From assembly GCF_031769215.1 (NCBI RefSeq), contig NW_026782326.1, positions 715,432 to 779,431 of the forward strand: a stretch of 64,000 bases of DNA. Direction: 5' to 3'. Positions 36,636-50,780 of this stretch are shown here, one piece after another; position 1 is the stretch's first letter, and the number at the start of each line of letters is the position of its first letter. Source of the stretch: Ylistrum balloti. Taxonomy: Eukaryota. Position numbers and translations under genes: made by a program. The notes under the pieces are model-generated. The model was not told where the DNA came from and ran no database searches. It worked only from the letters and a program-made list of their open reading frames with translations.

Positions 36636-36716
36636 ATGCCTCAACCAGAACAGCATCAAGTGGACTACAAACAAAAGTACAAGGCTCTGAAGAAAAAACT
36701 CAAATTTCTTGTTTAT
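36636..36716 (+). CDS. INO80E: INO80 complex subunit E-like gene, exon 1 (MPQPEQHQVDYKQKYKALKKKLKFLVY), donor gtatgt
   Basis: Recognised from memory of vertebrate INO80E (...[52 protein letters not shown]...), not from a search. The gene model is partial. Confidence 0.5.
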
Positions 36717-39185
36717 GTATGTAAAATTAAATGGTTGAGATCAAGAAAGATAGCAGCAATTTCATGTTTAATCACCCAATATGAGGATTCATTTTATATC
36801 ATGTAAGGACCCGAATGGGGAAATTTGGGTTCAAATTTTGATTTTCCATCCAGTTACAACTTGGCTTCTTGTTTATTTTACTGTAGGTGTATTACATGTT
36901 TATAAGATGAGGTTATATATTTCTATAAATATTGTATTGTATGTACTTGTATATAATACACAGTTAGTTTTTTGGGGAAACAATTTTTGAGAAAAATCTT
37001 TTCTAGAGAGTAAGTTTTGCCACCTAGTATAGATACTTGGCTGAGTCAAACTACATGTCTCCTGACCAGAAAATGATGCTGTTTACACAAGGTATGCTTT
37101 GAAAAAAAATACGTAATTACTATCACTCCTTTGCTACGATCTGTCATGATTGATGGAGTCAACAGTGGAAGAATCATTAGAGATATAAAAAATAGTTAGT
37201 TGTATACATATACATAATACAAAGTGATATAATGTCAGATATAGAGAATACATGTCAATATCTTAAAATACATGTATAAGCTGTATTCTGGTGAAGGTAA
37301 AGAAAAACAAAATGGCTCGCCACTTTTGTCTTTCTTTCCTAAGCCAATATACAACTTGTATTTCAAGACACTGACCATGTATTCTACATGTATTTATCCT
37401 GCAACATTGATAAAAAATTAGGCTATTGAAAAAAACAGATTTGTTGTTCAATCTGTGTTTACCTGTCATTGACATTACGCTGGATTTTTACCTGATGACG
37501 GACGCCAAAATAATTGCTACAGAAACGTACAGTAAAACTTCGATGTGTCGAAGTTCAAGGGACCGTCATGAAAACTTCGATACATCGGGACTTCGACTCA
37601 TGAATGGTGACTGTCCAACCACAAAAAATACACCTGTAAAAGATGTGTATTGTGTCCGTTTGTGTTATATGCAGAGTCCCTTATCAATATCTCATGTTGA
37701 TCGCTTGCATAATCTATCAAATGTCTGTTCGAACACAACTTTGTCACAGAATATCGTAGGAAGGAAAAGAATTCATATGAATCTTAACATGTTTATTATA
37801 AAGACAAGAGATATCAAATAACAACGAATAACAATGCAACATAGCACTTCCATCGAGTCATTCACACACAGGGCATCATGGTTGTATCGGAGATGAGAGT
37901 TCGGTTCACTTCCGGTATGTGTATCTTACTGATTTCGAAAAGGATGGAACAACATCCATACGTAACACACATGTAAGAATGCAAGCACAATATACATTAC
38001 ATATATTAGCACTACATCGCAATGCAATATTTCTTCAAATCCAAATTAAACAAAGAATGATCAACAAATTATATCTTACGCACTAATAATGTCCGCTAGT
38101 GAAATGAATTGATGTCCTGAAAAAAACCACTGATCTCAACACAGGAATCAGTCATGTTGCTCCACTGCGAAAAAATCCTCCATTGTCATTTGTTTCAAAC
38201 AAACAATCACGCCATGATCACACCACTTAACGGTTAATGACTTGAGAATACAGCTTGTGTAGACAATCAGACATGGTCAGTGATTATTGTCACTTTGTGT
38301 CTAGCCCTTGCCTGGCCATTGTTCACGCTTCCACTGAGGTGTGAAAACTGCCATGGGACATTCAAGTTTTCTCATGCAGGTAAATTTTTTTACTTCGATT
38401 CATGTGTTGTGATTTCTAATGGTTTCTTAACCATGGGACCGGGAAAAAAGTTCGAAACAGTGAGAACTTCGATTCATAAAAGTTTGAGTCATAAATGTGA
38501 AATTGGTAGTATTCTGAAGATCAGGTTCCATAAAAGCGGAATACCTAAGCCTTTGCTATTGGCACCTTCTCCGCTTTGCTCCATCCGAAACCCTGTCCGG
38601 AGAACTGATCAGCCCGTTATTTGCGCCCCAGTCAGAAAGGTTCTTTGTAAGATCAGGTTCATCAGGTTCATCAGCCATCCTGGCATCATCTGCCTCTTCA
38701 TCATACGGAGGGAGCTCCTCTGCTAAATCGGAAAGAAGATCAACAGTATATAACAGCGATTTAACGAATTTTCATAAATCAACTTTATCTTTACAACATG
38801 TAAAATCACCCATTTCAACAACTATTCATAATTCTAAACATAATACTTGATTTTGTTGAATTACAACACATACTAAAATACAGCTGTTTTCCATCACTAC
38901 CGAACACAGCAAAAATACATGTGGCAGGTGTATTTTTACAATGGCAGTGCCAAATTTCTGGTTCAGTTGATAGGAGTACAGGAGATGGTACATGTACAGG
39001 CAAAATAGTATCCAATTTCATTTGTGATAATTTTGTTTTATTTAAATATTGTTTTAAGTTCATCAATCAGATTTGTTTTATCATTGATCATATAAAACTT
39101 GTTAGAAGTTTGATGTGTAGGAGTGCACTAATTGAAGATAAGATGTACCTAATGAGCTTCTTCTTTGTTCATATTTGTTATTCAG

Positions 39186-39256
39186 GAGCAAGAATGTTTC
39201 CTTGAGGAATTAAGGAAAGCACAGAGAAAATTGTTAAAGATATCGAGAGACAGAAG
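39186..39256 (+). CDS. INO80E: INO80E-like exon 2 ([23 protein letters not shown]-)
   Basis: Acceptor ttcag|GAGCAAG and donor AG|gtaatc. The junction codon with exon 3 gives S. Confidence 0.5.
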
Positions 39257-39612
39257 GTAATCATCTTGACACAGTAAAAAAAAAAATAAATAAATAAGAT
39301 TTGTTCACTTGCTATAGATTCATGAAGTTATTTAAATTGCAGATTAATTTAGTTGTTCCTTGAAAAAGTAACTTTCTGTAAAAAATTTTCTTTCTTTTGG
39401 GTAGCTTTTTTTTTAAGGTCAAAACCTCAAGAAATATTTTTTATGAATGTTGTGATACATATCTAGTAATAACCCTATGCTTGGTAATAAGCTCACCCTT
39501 ACATTGCTGCTCAGTACAAGCTAATACTATATTATCATCTTGCAATAAACCCACCCCTTACTGAGTCAGAAATACAGGATAGATAATTTATGTCTTGATA
39601 TGTTTGCTGCAG

Positions 39613-39721
39613 CTTTCTGTTGGACCGCCTCTTGCAACACGAGAAAATAGATGAATCTTCAGGCGATTCTGATGCTACTGCTTCAAGTGACAGTGAGGTA
39701 GAAAGTCAAAGTTCAAGAAAG
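39613..39721 (+). CDS. INO80E: INO80E-like exon 3 (-SFLLDRLLQHEKIDESSGDSDATASSDSEVESQSSR-)
   Basis: Acceptor tgctgcag|C and donor AA|gtaaga. The acidic, serine-rich stretch matches INO80E ...DEDSSDSDATASSD.... Further probable exons lie at about 40003-40080 (proline/serine-rich; preceded by a diverged about 50-bp local duplication at 39905-39960), 40532-40598 (MAAEPAKKKSKSSAKKAVLSKG) and 41043-41196 (KVSQVKEK...PMEIFSNDNSNPD). Confidence 0.45.
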
Positions 39722-40531
39722 TAAGAAAAAATACCTTTATCCATTGTAATAAAGATTATGATATTATTTTATAGATGTGTTTGACATCAAGCTAGAAGTC
39801 AAGTATCTTTGTAATGTGGATAAACATATCAAAGTTTTTCTCTCAAGTCTGTAACTGTTTGTCTGATGATGAATATAACTGGTATTGCACATATCTTGTG
39901 TCTAACTGTTGGGGAAAGAAAACTGGTCAAAGCGCAGTCCGTCATTGAGAATAACTTGTGTCTAACTGTTGTAGAAGGAAAGCTGGTCTTAGTCCAGGCC
40001 AGGGTGGAGACCCTTCAGCCATTCTAGGAAGTCTTGGGACACCAGGAACGCCTTCTGGAGCATCCAGTCTTCTTGTATTGATTTTGATTATTATCTTTCT
40101 TAGACACTTTACAATATACACATACAAATATGATATATATTGATAGTACATGAAAAATATTGTTTGTAACCTAAAGAGTACGAATACTTCTTCTGTTTCT
40201 CTTTGTTAGCTCATAAATGTGTTATGTTGGGAGCTCTGTGTTTGAAGGATTGATGATTAAAAATGTGTAATTAATAGAGTTACATTGTCCCTCTTTTGAT
40301 ATTTGGTTTGTGTACCACAGGTACAAAGGTACTAATTTGCTATGAGAATGTTACATAATGGTAGACATATATTTTAAAGTTCCATTTAAAAGAATGATGT
40401 TTGTAATATTTTAGGTGAAAAGGACTAAAGATGAAGTAATATTTGAGATTTTCTTTAACGTTGATTCCTTATAAATGAATGATGATTAAAATTTTATCCT
40501 TCAAATTAATTTTACTTGCTTTCATTGGCAG

Positions 40532-41196
40532 ATGGCAGCAGAGCCAGCAAAGAAAAAGTCAAAATCAAGTGCTAAGAAGGCAGTGTTGTCTAAAGGAGGT
40601 AAGAGTGTGAGATATGATAAACATGTGTGGTATCAGTTATAACTTAGGAAACTGCATGTGATAGTTAAAGAAACATGGTCTGTTTAATTATGTCAGTATG
40701 GTACATAGTGGTATTCAAATATCCAACAGTCAATGTGAAATAATGATAGTTAAAGACATAATGTAAAACAAACATACCTGTAGACTAGCTCTCCATCTGT
40801 ACACAAGATTATTAATGATAAAATATTTTTTGTTAAAGGTTAACATCACTGGACAGCTAATATGTTCAGTAATTCACTTGTTCTCTCTGTCATGGTAGAG
40901 TTAAAAATCTGCAATTAGTGGCAATGAAACAGACTTGATACCAGTACTTAGCAGTATTCACCGACTGAAGTGTGGGACTGAAGTGTGGGACTGAAGTGAG
41001 GGACTGAAGGGGGAAATAATGTAATTAACTAAATATTTTCAGGTAAAGTATCTCAAGTTAAAGAGAAAGCAAGTCACATGACCAGGGAGGAGCTTGAGCG
41101 CCACCTAGAATCAAGACAGAATGTGTTTGGCATAGAAAAAGCCCCCATGATGTTACCAATGGAAATCTTCAGTAATGACAACTCAAACCCAGACAG
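40532..41196 (+). CDS. INO80E: INO80E-like downstream exons (40532-40598 and 41043-41196; the intron between them contains an (actgaagtgtggg)n repeat)
   Basis: Both exons have clean GT-AG boundaries (ttggcag|ATG...GGAG|gtaagag; ttttcag|GTAAAG...GACAG|gtaggt) and join in frame. The 3' end of the gene was not found before the 42.5-kb minisatellite. Confidence 0.4.
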
Positions 41197-42529
41197 GTAG
41201 GTCACACAACAGCTTTGACATTTCAAGATATTTATCTAAATTGTTTGAATACCTTATCCCTTGTAAAGGCATGCATTGGCCTACAACTGTTTTACTTCTA
41301 AATAAAGGAAAGAAAGTTTTACTTTCCTTGTTCTAAAGGGCAAGTAAAGTGAATGCTGTTTATCAACTTCTTTTGAAGTGCATTTATTCATGAATGGCTG
41401 AGCTGATTTTGAAAATAGAGTTTGCCTGTCGCTGTATTGGGACAGGAAACTAGCCAGTAAATGTGTAAACTGTGGATGTGATTTGAAGCTGAAAACCTCT
41501 ACTTAGTTTTCAGATCGACTGAACTATTTTGGACAAATAAATCCGATCAGCTGCAACAGTTCTTGAGCCAAATGTTGCTTGAATTATTTGGCTCATTAAA
41601 GAATTGGAGACTGCATTAGCTCAGTTGGTAGATGATAAAAAGTGCATAGTGAGCACAAGAAAAGTTTGTTATAATCAATTTTCAGTGAGTCAGCACTAGT
41701 AAGTTTATAATTAATTTTCAGTGAGTCAGCACTAGAAAGTTTGTTATGATTGATTTTCAGTGAGTCAGCACTAGAAAACCTGAAAGAAGAAGAAGATTGT
41801 GATTTAATTGTGGATTCTGGACAGTGAATAGACAAGAACATAGCACATTGCTTTGGTAATCTCTATATACAGGGACAGGTAAGGGGCCAGACTTGATAAG
41901 TTTACTTTTGTCCAAGAATTTCTCAATGAACTACTGGAACCAAGTGGATAAACCTTCACAAATGTGAATACCGATGTGCATTCGAACATGTGGACCTATT
42001 TGATATAAATGCTATATCTGTTTGAAGGTGCTGGATCAAAAGTATCGTATCTGATGTTGTACACAGGAAAATGATATTACAACTGATTTACATCATCAAC
42101 TTACAATATTTAAGGTATAATTTGTTATGAAGTGAACGAACAGTCATAATATAGATGTACTCTCACTGACTGGGAAGAAAAGATCTAATTACATTGTGTA
42201 CCAGTAACATCATTGATTCTGACTATTTTTTACTGTAAAAAAACTGCCTTGTCAAGTATGAGATGTTGTTCTGATCCTGAACTTACATATTATAGGTTTC
42301 TGATATTAATAACATTTACATTTACCATTGACTCTGTTATTTTAACAAATGAAATTTGAAAAATTGTTTGAAAGTTGGATGAACCCATAGCCAAAGTCTA
42401 TTTCCTGTAAATGTCTTGGCTTACTGAAGGGAGCATTTAGTCATTTTCAAATAGCTGAAGTCAAGTTATTGTTTTGTGTTCCCATGTGGTAAATGGTGAG
42501 TAGTATGCAGGAATATCTATATGGTGTCT

Positions 42530-44060
42530 ACCATTTTATGGTAATTGGTGTGTGGTATGGAAGGATGGTGTAAAAATGATTTACATGGTGTGTACCAAAT
42601 TGTGTGTGGTGTGGAGGGATGGTGTATAATTTACATGGTGTGTACCTACTTGTTGTGTGTGGTATGGAGGGATGGTGTATAATTTACATGGTGTGTACCT
42701 TCTTGTTGTGTGTGGTATGGAGGGATGGTGTAATGATTAACATGGTGTGTACCTACTTGTTGTGTGTGGTATGGAGGGATGGTGTATAATTTACATGGTG
42801 TGTACCTACTTGTTGTGTGTGGTATGGAGGGATGGTGTATACCTACTTTTGTGTGGTGTGGAGGGATGGTGAAATGATTTACATGGTGTGTACCTACTTG
42901 TTGTGTGTGGTATGGAGGGATGGTGTATAATTTACATGGTGTGTACCTACTTGTTGTGTGTGGTATGGAGGGATGGTGTATAATTTACATGGTGTGTACC
43001 TTCTTGTTGTGTGTGGTATGGAGTGATGGTGTATACCTACTTGTGTGTGGTATGGAGGGATGGTGTAATGATTTACATGGTGTGTACCTACTTGTTGTGT
43101 GTGGTATGGAGGGATGGTGTATAATTTACATGGTGTGTACCTACTTGTTGTGTGTGGTATGGAGGGATGGTGTATACCTACTTTTGTGTGGTGTGGAGGG
43201 ATGGTGAAATGATTTACATGGTGTGTACCTACTTGTTGTGTGTGGTATGGAGGGATGGTGTATACCTACTTGTGTGTGGTATGGAGGGATGGTGTAATGA
43301 TTAACATGGTGTGTACCTACTTGTTGTGTGTGGTATGGAGGGATGGTGTATAATTTACATGGTGTGTACCTACTTGTTGTGTGTGGTATGGAGGGATGGT
43401 GTAATGATTAACATGGTGTGTACCTACTTGTTGTGTGTGGTATGGAGGGATGGTGTATAATTTACATGGTGTGTACCTACTTGTTGTGTGTGGTATGGAG
43501 GGATGGTGTATACCTACTTTTGTGTGGTGTGGAGGGATGGTGAAATGATTTACATGGTGTGTACCTACTTGTTGTGTGTGGTATGGAGGGATGGTGTATA
43601 ATTTACATGGTGTGTACCTACTTGTTGTGTGTGGTATGGAGGGATGGTGTATAATTTACATGGTGTGTACCTTCTTGTTGTGTGTGGTATGGAGGGATGG
43701 TGTATACCTACTTTTGTGTGGTGTGGAGGGATGGTGAAATGATTTACATGGTGTGTACCTACTTGTTGTGTGTGGTATGGAGGGATGGTGTATAATTTAC
43801 ATGGTGTGTACCTACTTGTTGTGTGTGGTATGGAGGGATGGTGTATAATTTACATGGTGTGTACCTTCTTGTTGTGTGTGGTATGGAGGGATGGTGTATA
43901 CCTACTTGTGTGTGGTATGGAGGGATGGTGTAATGATTAACATGGTGTGTACCTACTTGTTGTGTGTGGTATGGAGGGATGGTGTATAATTTACATGGTG
44001 TGTACCTACTTGTTGTGTGGTATGGAGGGATGATGTAATGATTAACATGGTGTGTACCTA
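42530..44060. repeat. Minisatellite, about 60-65-bp unit (ggtatggagggatggtgtataatttacatggtgtgtacctacttgttgtgtgt), about 25 units, with unit-length variants
   Basis: Long tandem array. ORFs 42604-42789 and 42905-43207 inside it are repeat artefacts. Confidence 0.9.
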
Positions 44061-44840
44061 TGTGTTAAGTATTCTGTAAGGTGTAAACAGATCTATGTAG
44101 ATAATGAATTGTGTCAAGTGCCGTGTTATTATGTTACCTGTTGTTCAACTTGTACGTACTCATGTAAATCATTTACCAATAAAAAAAACATAGACATTGT
44201 CAATTTGGTTTTTTAATTTTTTTCAAGCCCTTTGATTAGCTGTATATCTAATATCTGTTCTTTTGACAAGCAACATTTGTGACATTGGTTTAATCAATTA
44301 GCATGACCACAATATTTCACTGCCCACCATTGTATTATTTTTATGGTGGTAATTTTATCTTTATTGAAAGGAAATAGAAAAATGAAACTTGAACAAGATC
44401 TATAAAGTATTTCTAAAGAAGTACATTGATTTATAGCTGTTGAAATTGGACATTGCTGACTGTCTCGAGAAAAAGCTATAACAGACTTAAATTTCAAAAT
44501 CCAATATAGAAGTCTGTTGACCATTTCATGTTCTAATCCATCCTTGATACTCCAGGGATTACAACCACTTTTGTTCTCTGCACCTGTGGAACACTTCATG
44601 ACAAAACTGAAGGTTCCATGTGTGACACCTTGTGGACAAGATGACAAGACTAATGTGATCCTCTGGTGTACATCAAACGATTCTTGATGTCACATAATGG
44701 TATATTGTAATGGCTTTGTAGTTTGGTGTTGCTCCTTTGTAATCTTCAAAAGAAGTGTATCAGTCTTAAATTACTTCACTTGTGCCTTCAAATTTGACGT
44801 GACATGTTCTAGGAGTACAGAGAGCAAAAATATCATAACT

Positions 44841-45526
44841 CCTGGAGTATCGAGGATGTAGTGATCGTAACCCCTGGAGTATCGAGGATGTAGTGATCAT
44901 AACCCCTGGAGTATCGAGGATGTAGTGATCATAACCCCTGGAGTATCGAGGATGTAGTGATCATAACCCCTGGAGTATCGAGGATGTAGTGATCGTAACC
45001 CCTGGAGTATCGAGGATGTAGTGATCATAACCTATGGAGTGTCGAGGATGTAGTGATCGTAACCCCTGGAGTATCGAGGATGTAGTGATCGTAACCCATG
45101 GAGTATCGAGGATGTAGTGATCGTAACCCCTGGAGTATCCAGGATGTAGTGATCGTAACCCCTGGAGTATCGAGGATGTAGTGATCGTAACCCCTGGAGT
45201 ATCGAGGATGTAGTGATCGTAACCCCTGGAGTATCGAGGATGTAGTGATCGTAACCCCTGGAGTATCGAGGATGTAGTGATCGTTACCCTTGGAGTATCG
45301 AGGATGTAGTGATCGTAACCCTTGGAGTATCGAGGATGTAGTGATCGTTACCCTTGGAGTATCGAGGATGTAGTGATCGTAACCCCTGGAGTATCGAGGA
45401 TGTAGTGATCGTTACCCTTGGAGTATCGAGGATGTAGTGATCGTTACCCTTGGAGTATCGATGTAGTGATCGTAACCCCTGGAGTATCGAGGATGTAGTG
45501 ATCATAACCCTTGGAGTATCGAGGAT
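44841..45526. repeat. Minisatellite, 36-bp unit (cccctggagtatcgaggatgtagtgatcgtaa), about 19 units
   Basis: Tandem array. ORF 45284-45505 is a repeat artefact. Confidence 0.9.
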
Positions 45527-48125
45527 GATTCTAATCAGTCCTAAACATGGACAAGGTAATTAACACACCAATACGACCATTTTGATCTTGAGATCGGTCC
45601 CGAAATTAAATGCACAAGGAATGACCTAGGGTAGTTTACACATTAAATCACAGACTGATCTATCATGTACTTCTCAATACATAGTTAAAACAAACTTAAC
45701 CTTTCAAAATTTGATATAACTGCCTTGCTGTCATTTTGTTTTTTGGATTAGTCCTAAGGACTAAGGGAAGTTTACATTGGAAATTTTGAAGAAATAGAGA
45801 TAACAAATAGGCAATTTATGTGGTTGTTTCTATGAAATAATGACAACTCTCATATTATATCCATGAAACTTTGACCTAGCAAGGTAGGAAACAAGTGCAA
45901 TGAATTTGCAATATCCGTCATGTATATTTTGAAGATCAGCAATATCAAGAATTATTTGCATAGTGCCATCTTGCTGTAAACCCAAAGGCCATTTCCTATT
46001 TGCAGTGAAACAGCATTGGTGAGAGATGAAAGTGGAAAGGACTATTTTTGAATGTACAACATAAACACATAAACAAGGAAGACAAATGACAGCAAAGAAT
46101 ATCAGAACATTTCTTTGAAAATTTTATTGCCCAAAGATGTCGACTCACAATAATCTAATAATTAACTATGGTTTCAATAAATCATATAATTTGAAACAAA
46201 CATTTTCAATTACAATCAACAAACATTCAACTTGTGTTCTCTTTTGTTCCATATTTCATCGATTGTCTTTAAAACAAAGAAAATTAAACATCTTTACAAA
46301 AATTTAACAGGATACTAACAAGAAAACTGATAGAGAAAGCAGGAACATAAGGCGAACATGTCCTAAACTTGAAAACTGACTTAAAGAAGGGGCCAACCAG
46401 GTACATGTTGTAAGGAAGCTAAATTACCAATGACTTCAGAATTTCAATGTTGGAGATGGTTTTTGTGTAGTTGTAGATTTTCCTTCAGCAAATCATTTAT
46501 CTTAATATGAGCTCATTTCTTTGAAGTAATCAAATTTTTACAAAATGAGAAAATAAGTCACCTTGTTATTGTGCAAAAACTTGCGAATCATGAAATTTTC
46601 GGTTACTATGAAACACAATATTGTCACTATCAAGGTCATCTTTGCTCTTGAAGTTCAAATTGAAATGAAAATTTATCAAACTGATTTGTTATAGTTTATG
46701 ATGAATGTATTGTTCAGATAATTTCTTTTTACTTTGGAACTTTAAAGCCAAATAAGGTCATCAAAAGATCATCTAGAAAACGAAATCTTAAACTGAACCT
46801 ATAGTGAAAATTACCAAATTTAATTGTTTTATTTCCGGTGGATTAAAACAAAGTTGTTTACTTTTGAAGACTAGAAAATCCAGTGTGTTAGATGCCTTTG
46901 TACCCAACAGTTACCTATATCCATATATCATGCAGTGTATATGTAAATTACAAAACAAGAGAAACTTTGGGATGAACAATCCTCTATATGTAATTAAAGG
47001 TATAAATGCAATAGAATCCTACAGGACTTCATCATTGTAGACATTATCTTTTCTTTAATATTTTAATTATATGGAACTTAAAACACCAGTATACATTTTA
47101 AAAATATTTTCCATGCAACAAATTTATCAGGAAATCCAGAAATGCTCTGTTGTTTTTACAAATCATGTGGCTTATTCACTGTAATTTTCTGCATCAGTAA
47201 ACTGTATTAGTTCAAATTCATATTAATTTTTAATTCAATAGAAAGAACAGGTAAGCATTTACTGGTTTTACTAAAATTACACTGTATTAATAACAGGTTT
47301 ATAAAATTAATTAATTTCTTTCATTACTGTGTAATACTTGTTATATTTTTCTGTACCAGTTTCCCGGTTTTCTGAGAACAACTCAATTATAACTTGAAGA
47401 ATATAGACCTTGTATAGGGTTTGTTTTTTGGGACACTGATATTTGATCAAGTTCTAAATTTAAGCTCTTCATGTTGGACTGGCCTGCATTTTGAAAACCT
47501 ATTGAGTGTATGTCTATTGATATTAATGGAACCCATCAAAATTTTTTTAAGAAAAAGTGTGTTCCAAACTCGACCAATTAATTCACTTTACACAGAGGTA
47601 TTATATATTGTTTTATCAACTCCTACACTTACCACATTCATATTTGAAATCAAAGAAGTAATTAATAAATGTGCATAGGTTTTGCCAATATGCATGTTTT
47701 GCAAACGAGCATGGAAGAATTTAAATTGGGCATTAAGAAATAACAGAATGAAGTAATACAAGTATTTTACTGTATTGTGTGATGCAGATTTCTTTACTTA
47801 CTGACACATAGAATTAACAATGTATTAAGGAAGAGATTTAACAGGAACAAACAAGTTAGGTACTTGATTATGGAGTTTTACGGCATGTTATCAACAGTAT
47901 ATAATGGATCATAAAATATCAAAGACAGTTGTTTGAATAAATTATATAACAGACACCTCAATCATAACGTACAAAAATATGTTTTACAGAGAATGATAAC
48001 AGACATATCCCCTTTATAATGTCTTTGATATTCCATGATCTATATTTCATTGAAAAATAAAAATAAATAAAATTAATGGTATGAATATAACACATTGGAA
48101 GATTTGGGATCGATGAAACAATTTA

Positions 48126-48875
48126 TCAGCACTGTTTTTGACGTTTTGCTTCAGGCTCCACACAAGCATCTCCCTTATTCACAATTGAGATGGGTTGTAC
48201 TATCTGTGATGCATTATAATTGTCAAGAACTTTGAATGTATTTTCCACAGGAGTAAGTGTTACATCGGATGGATACTCAATACATACTACTAGAGGATTG
48301 TTTTTTGGGTCTGTTTTCCCCTCAGATTCCTCGGAAACACAGTAGGAATACCCCTCTCCACCAAGCTGGAAGCTAAGATTTCCTCGCTGACTGTTATCTA
48401 GATTTGACAAAATGCTATCCTGGAGGGCTTTATTGACATCACTCTGACTATCTGATATAGTTGAATCCTCCACATTCTCCTGAAGAGACGATTCCTCACC
48501 TGTGCCCATCACAGCTCTGGGACTTTCTGCTTCGTTGTCAGGATCAGAGTCACCTGGTTTAGATTGATCAACTAATTCATCAGGTGCTGGATTAGAGTCT
48601 TGGTCCAGGTTACACTCAATGATGTAGCGCTGAATGTTACTATTAGTCTTTGGTGAGGCTTTATTTTGCCCATCCACCACAGTGTTAGACAAAAATGTTT
48701 GTGGTTTGTACTCGCGTTTGATGACAAGCAGCTGTTGGTGGAGAAGATCTCGGTGCTGTGTCTCCATATTCTTTAACAAAGTTTCTATATTACGGTCCAG
48801 TGGAACACTGACCTGCTCCAGTAATTCTTCCTCACGCTTTTGGTAGGACAGTACTTCCTTTCCCAGGGTCTCCAC
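48126..48875 (-). CDS. Last coding exon of a coiled-coil, acidic serine-rich protein gene (unidentified)
   Basis: Begins at the acceptor aacag|GTGGAGACC, in phase with the upstream exon (...LKSQ|VETLGKEV...). A 249-aa ORF runs to the stop; the N-terminal third is strongly heptad-like. Confidence 0.5.
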   Translation of the reverse strand: METLGKEVLSYQKREEELLEQVSVPLDRNIETLLKNMETQHRDLLHQQLLVIKREYKPQTFLSNTVVDGQNKASPKTNSNIQRYIIECNLDQDSNPAPDELVDQSKPGDSDPDNEAESPRAVMGTGEESSLQENVEDSTISDSQSDVNKALQDSILSNLDNSQRGNLSFQLGGEGYSYCVSEESEGKTDPKNNPLVVCIEYPSDVTLTPVENTFKVLDNYNASQIVQPISIVNKGDACVEPEAKRQKQC

Positions 48876-49486
48876 CTGTTAATATACATCCACATTAATT
48901 TATACATCAGCTTTGCTGTCAAACTACATACATATAAACATATCACTACTGACAACTTTACCATAATACAACAATGTCACTGTCTAACTATGTTTGTTTG
49001 AAACTACAAATAAATATTCAATCTAACCCAAGGTCAAGCAGCAAATATATATATATATGCTTGCTGTGTTATAGATATAATTCTGTATAGGTTGTTTTCG
49101 TGCGGAGGATATCTTCGCTATTTCGCAGTATATAAACACGATCCTGCTCGTATTCAATGGCCTTTTAAATTCAGATCACAAAATTTAAGATTTCTTGAAA
49201 TATATAATTTGAAATCATGAAAATTTTGACCTGTAAAAATGAACAGCTATACATTATCGTTGCCTATGAACCCAAGAAATGTTTTTTTATTTTCTACCAT
49301 TTGAGTTATAATGCAGGAAAATTCTCATAAGTTCAGGAAGTAATGAGCAACTGGACAGATCCAAACACTACTAGATTATACCCAGTTATCATTAACAGTG
49401 TAGAAATGATAACAATAAACAAAGTTGTGGTCAAAAGGAAAATGTTTTGATCGGCAGTATGATACAGTTACAAGACTTCCTCTCAC

Positions 49487-49639
49487 CTGTGACTTCAGGG
49501 AAAGAATTTCTGTTCTCAGTATACGTTCTGTCTCGTCCTTTTCAGCCTCCAGCTGTTGGTATTTTTGCTGTAGCTCCTCCAATTTGTTGGCTGCATTTTG
49601 GTGGTTCGACTGCTCCTTTTCCTCAACCATCCTCACATC
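49487..49639 (-). CDS. Internal exon of the same gene (DVRMVEEKEQSNHQNAANKLEELQQKYQQLEAEKDETERILRTEILSLKSQ)
   Basis: Acceptor tatttgtag|GATGTG (inside the 49626-50060 minisatellite unit), donor CAG|gtgaga. The leading M of the ORF track here is a GTG. Confidence 0.5.
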
Positions 49640-50060
49640 CTACAAATATGATACTGACAAAGTGTTGAATCTTTTACAACCTGTTAGATCATCCCCACAT
49701 CCTACAAATATGATACTGACAAAGTGTTGAATCTTTTACAACCTGTTAGATCATCCCCACATCCTACAATATGATACTGACAAAGTGTTGAATCTTTTAC
49801 AACCTGTTAGATCATCCCCACATCCTACAAATATGATACTGACAAAGTGTTGAATCTTTTACAACCTGTTAGATCATCCCCACATCCTACAATTATAATA
49901 TCTACAAACTGTTGAATCATTTACAACCTGTTAGATCATCCCCACATCCTACAATTATGATATCTACAAACTGTTGAATCTTTTACAACCTGTTATATCA
50001 TCCTCACATCCTACAATCATGATATTGATAAAGCTCATCCTGCAATCATAGTACTCTTAA
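49626..50060. repeat. Minisatellite, about 63-bp unit (cctgttagatcatccccacatcctacaaatatgatactgacaaagtgttgaatcttttacaa), about 6.5 units, in the intron
   Basis: The first unit overlaps the exon start. Each unit carries, on the minus strand, a copy of the acceptor context tatttgtag|gatgtg. Confidence 0.85.
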
Positions 50061-50498
50061 ATATTTAACAGAAACAAGATGTTTCAACGATTATCCCTAA
50101 AATATTAGATAAACCATACAACCAGCACCACAGTAATTATTGGTAAACAATTGCTTTCGTAACTGCACAAAATGAAATGATGGGATCAAACAAAGATAAC
50201 AACCTGTAGAGTATTTCTGACAATATACAGACTTCTTTTATCTTTGTTATGTAGTAAAGTTACATGAATAAGTCACTGTACTAAACTGTAATAATGAAAG
50301 AACATCAATTCCGAAAGTTTCTGTGAAACATGTGATTTGAGAAAATTCTCAAAAAAAAAGCCCTGACAATTTTTTCTTGTTTCATAAACCCCAAAATTCA
50401 ATGTTTGTTGATATACATTTTCCAATCTTTTACATAAATATGAACATTGAGTTGGTAAAAACATTGATATATCCTTGACATTTCACTTCCTATTTTAC

Positions 50499-50689
50499 CT
50501 CACTAGTGATGATCTGGGTAGTGTATGTATTGCTATTGTTTTCTACTGGTTCCTCCTGTATAATCATGATGTGATGTGTTTGGCCATCAGAAGTGTCCAC
50601 TGTCTCGTTGGCAGCCACAGAGACATGGACGGAACCCTCAGGGACCTTACCATTGGATACAGTCACTTGGTGGGGCTGGCTCATCAAAC
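50499..50689 (-). CDS. Upstream exon of the same gene (-LMSQPHQVTVSNGKVPEGSVHVSVAANETVDTSDGQTHHIMIIQEEPVENNSNTYTTQIITSE)
   Basis: Acceptor tgtgtag|GTTTGATG and donor GAG|gtaaaa; joins the 49639 exon in phase 0. Confidence 0.45.
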
Positions 50690-50780
50690 CTACACAGCAA
50701 AAATATATTCAACTTTCTGTCTTGAAGTTGTTATTTAAATCATATCTAAAACATGTTCAATCAATAAATAACAAAAACTA

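Noticed and set aside
38280-38726. 148-aa plus-strand ORF, and an acidic minus-strand ORF (...DEPDEPDLTKNLSDWGANNGL...), inside an INO80E-like intron
   Set aside because: No motif support and no clear splice sites tying them to a gene model. The supplied ORF track also uses alternative start codons, which weakens start calls. Left unannotated.
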